Shown: positions 61,221 through 64,000 of the stretch, piece after piece | Position numbering within the stretch: position 1 is the first letter of the stretch | Layout of the letters: each line of letters starts with the position of its first letter | From: Candidatus Poribacteria bacterium | Lineage (GTDB): Bacteria; Poribacteria; WGA-4E; WGA-3G | Reading direction: 5' to 3' | Length of the DNA stretch: 64,000 nt | NCBI GenBank assembly: GCA_965198235.1 | Contig: OZ240248.1 | Span: 4,672,001 to 4,736,000, forward strand | Notes under the pieces: generated by a model | What the model was told of the DNA's origin: nothing | The model's input: only the letters and a program-made list of their open reading frames with translations | The model's database searches: none | Made by a program: the position numbers and the translations under genes

Positions 61221-62900
61221 ATGTCCAATAAGCTGAAACCCCGAAGTTATGCGATTACCGACGGACCCGACCGCGCCGCCGCACGCACTATGCTCATGTT
61301 CGGCGATGGTGGGTTATCACCCGAAGATCTTGACAAACCGATTATCGGGGTTGCCAATACTTGGATCGAAATAGGTCCTTGTAACTTTCACCTGAGACGG
61401 CTTGCTGCTAAGGTCAAAGAAGGTATCCGCGAGGCAGGTGGGACACCGCTTGAATTCAATACCGTCAGCATCTCTGACGGCATCACCATGGGCACCGAGG
61501 GCATGAAAACTTCGCTTATCAGTCGGGAAATCATCGCCGACTCAATCGAGTTAGTTTCCATCGGTAACATGTTTGATGCTGTCGTTGCCCTCTGTGGATG
61601 CGATAAGACCGTCCCCGGCACTGTCATGGCACTCGCACGGTTAGATATTCCATCGCTCACCCTCTATGGTGGATCAATCATGCCGGGCAAATTTCAGGGA
61701 CGAGATGTCACCATCCAAGACGTATTTGAAGCGGTCGGGCAGCATGCAGAGGGTACAATAACCGTCGAAGAACTGGATGATTTGATTCGTAAAGGGTGTC
61801 CCGGTCCCGGTGCATGCGGAGGTCAATTTACTGCCAATACGATGGCAACAGCCGTTGAAATGTTAGGCATTGCTCCGATGGGAAGTGGGAGTGTCCCAGC
61901 TGTCGCAGGGGACAAGGACCAAGAAGCATACAGAACTGGACAACTCGTTATGGACATGCTCGCCGCTGATCGGAGACCGAGTCAAATTATCACCCGCAAG
62001 TCGCTTGAGAATGCGATTACCTCTGTCGCCGCGACCGGTGGCTCTACCAACGGTGTTCTCCATCTACTCGCCATCGCGCACGAGGCACAGATTCCGTTGA
62101 CACTTGAGGATTTTCACGCCATTAGTCAAAAAACACCCGTATTGGCAGACCTGAAGCCCGGCGGGCAGTTTGTCGCGACCGATCTTTATGAGGCGGGTGG
62201 CATTCCGTTCTTGGCGAAACGCTTGACAGAGGCAGGCTTGCTCCACGCTGACGAACTCACTGTCACGGGGAAATCCATTGGTGAAGAGGCAGGCGCAGCC
62301 ACCGAAACTGAGGGACAGCAAGTGGTCAGACCTGTCAATGCACCACTCAAACCGACTGGCGGCTTTGCCATTTTGAGAGGTAACCTTGCGCCAGATGGGT
62401 GTGTTATCAAATTAGCCGGTCAGGATAAAACGCTCCATCGCGGTCCCGCCCGTATTTTTGACCGTGAAGAAGACACTTTTGCCGCCATCAAAGGTGGACA
62501 GATCCAGCCCGGGGATGTCGTCGTTATCCGCTATGAGGGACCTACCGGTGGTCCCGGTATGCGTGAGATGTTAGGCGTAACGGCAGCCCTTGTAGGGGCA
62601 GGCTTGAGTGAAGATGTCGCTCTCTTAACCGACGGTAGATTCTCTGGTGCGACACACGGTTTCATGATCTGCCATGTCGCCCCTGAAGCCGCAAAAGGCG
62701 GTCCCATCGCTATCCTCGAAGAAGGGGACGAAATCGTGATTGATGCAAAGGAACGACGACTTGACGTTCAACTCTCCGACGCTGAAATCCAGGCACGCTT
62801 TGAGCAGTGGACTCCACCAGAGCCGCGCTATGCCCGCGGTGTCATGGCGAAATATGCAAACTCGGTCTCTTCTGCCTCTGAAGGTGCTGTGACGGGATAG
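61221..62900 (+). CDS. ilvD: Dihydroxy-acid dehydratase
   Basis: [36 protein letters not shown] and TDGRFSG. Confidence 0.97.
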   Translation: MSNKLKPRSYAITDGPDRAAARTMLMFGDGGLSPEDLDKPIIGVANTWIEIGPCNFHLRRLAAKVKEGIREAGGTPLEFNTVSISDGITMGTEGMKTSLISREIIADSIELVSIGNMFDAVVALCGCDKTVPGTVMALARLDIPSLTLYGGSIMPGKFQGRDVTIQDVFEAVGQHAEGTITVEELDDLIRKGCPGPGACGGQFTANTMATAVEMLGIAPMGSGSVPAVAGDKDQEAYRTGQLVMDMLAADRRPSQIITRKSLENAITSVAATGGSTNGVLHLLAIAHEAQIPLTLEDFHAISQKTPVLADLKPGGQFVATDLYEAGGIPFLAKRLTEAGLLHADELTVTGKSIGEEAGAATETEGQQVVRPVNAPLKPTGGFAILRGNLAPDGCVIKLAGQDKTLHRGPARIFDREEDTFAAIKGGQIQPGDVVVIRYEGPTGGPGMREMLGVTAALVGAGLSEDVALLTDGRFSGATHGFMICHVAPEAAKGGPIAILEEGDEIVIDAKERRLDVQLSDAEIQARFEQWTPPEPRYARGVMAKYANSVSSASEGAVTG

Positions 62901-62993
62901 AAACCCGTTTACCACCCAACACAAAACTTACTGATTCATGCGTTGTCTCTCTTGTAGGGGCAACCAAGAAGAAAGGGAAATTAGGGAAAACTG

Positions 62994-64000
62994 ATGAATA
63001 GAAAACAGATAGTTACCACGCTCTCCTTCGGCCTGATGGGCCTGATTTTACTCATGTCCGCCGGTTGTGATAGGTTTGACCTTGGCATGATTGATAACAA
63101 CCGAGACGAGCTCGACGCTGTGGAGCCGAATCTCGTTAGAGCCAATACGATGTTCGGATTTAAGTTGCTCAACGAACTCCGACAGACCCAGCAGCCTAAC
63201 AATACACTCATCTCGCCCTTCAGTCTCTCTGTTGCGTTAGCGATGGCACGCAACGGAGCAGCAGGCGAAACTGAACAGGCGATAGTAAATGCTCTACAAC
63301 TGCAAGCATTAGATCCCGAGTCGATCAATGCCAACTATGTATATTTGCAAAGGGCACTTCAAGCACCTGATTCAAAGGTGACACTGGAGATCGCAAACGC
63401 GCTTTGGGCTGCCGAAGATATTGAATTCGATCCCGGTTTTTTGAATCGAAATAATCAATTCTTGGATACAGAAATCGCAACACTCGATTTCACGGAGCCT
63501 GCTAATGTTTCAACCATCAACGATAGCGTGAATACCAACACCAACGGAGCGATTCCAAGTGTTGTTGCGGCAATCGATCCGCAAACGATAACGTGCCTGA
63601 TTAGTGGGATTTATTTCAAGGGGAATTGGCAGGAAGAATTTGACACATCGGAGACACGGGACGAACCCTTCTTTCTCGCGAACGGTGACAAAAAACAGAC
63701 CCCGATGATGCACAGAACAGACTGGTACCCATATTATGCAGACGGACACTTTCAAGCCATCAGTCTCCCTTACGACGACGGTCAAATGGGGATGTATATT
63801 TTCTTGCCGAATCGTGACACCGATCTCAACACCTTCTTAGACCGTTTGAATGTTGAAAATTGGGAGCGTTGGATGTCGCAATTCTCCCAAAGGGAGGTGT
63901 CGCTCGTCATGCCCACATTCGAACTGCAATATTCAGTAGAGTTGAAGAATGCATTAGAGCAGCTCGCCATGGGTATCGCATTTGACGAAGGTCGCGCAAA
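62994..64000 (+). CDS. Serpin family lipoprotein (3' end outside window; absent from ORF track)
   Basis: Hand translation from ATG 62994: lipobox SAGC, NTLISPFSLSVALAMARNGAAGET, IANALW and IYFKGNW..FD..T. Confidence 0.9.
   Translation, partial: MNRKQIVTTLSFGLMGLILLMSAGCDRFDLGMIDNNRDELDAVEPNLVRANTMFGFKLLNELRQTQQPNNTLISPFSLSVALAMARNGAAGETEQAIVNALQLQALDPESINANYVYLQRALQAPDSKVTLEIANALWAAEDIEFDPGFLNRNNQFLDTEIATLDFTEPANVSTINDSVNTNTNGAIPSVVAAIDPQTITCLISGIYFKGNWQEEFDTSETRDEPFFLANGDKKQTPMMHRTDWYPYYADGHFQAISLPYDDGQMGMYIFLPNRDTDLNTFLDRLNVENWERWMSQFSQREVSLVMPTFELQYSVELKNALEQLAMGIAFDEGRA

Overview
Bacterial chromosomal window, probably Candidatus Poribacteria. This is inferred from a secreted protein ending in the PVDAKSKLATTWGHLK-type tail, a DUF1549/DUF1553 protein, many lipoproteins, a sulfatase and a serpin. 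Most genes are on the + strand: ggt x2, GlcNAc/MurNAc kinase, murQ, SBP56, a porin plus BCCT transporter, accA, sulfatase, glyA, folC, hppA and ilvD. Accessory highlights: (1) a type I R-M operon (26.4-38.3 kb) with five embedded cargo genes: a Schlafen/AlbA-HATPase with an unusual beta-rich C-terminus, a small phage-like protein, a TIR/SEFIR protein, a TIR/SEFIR-ABC ATPase fusion and a DUF4276 TOPRIM-like protein; (2) a stand-alone fusion of a tRNA-guanine transglycosylase domain with the archaeosine synthase (ArcS) signature domain, with a clamp-binding-like linker motif; (3) an IsrB OMEGA element whose omegaRNA end supplies the murQ stop codon; (4) an internally deleted TnpB element that splits one promoter and creates a hybrid one; (5) a REP-like palindrome family with a nested ~20-nt insert, found in frame inside two genes; (6) two orphan antitoxins, one coupled to a toxin stub fused to a nucleotidyltransferase. 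No rRNA, tRNA or CRISPR array was seen. All family assignments come from motif recognition by eye, not database searches.
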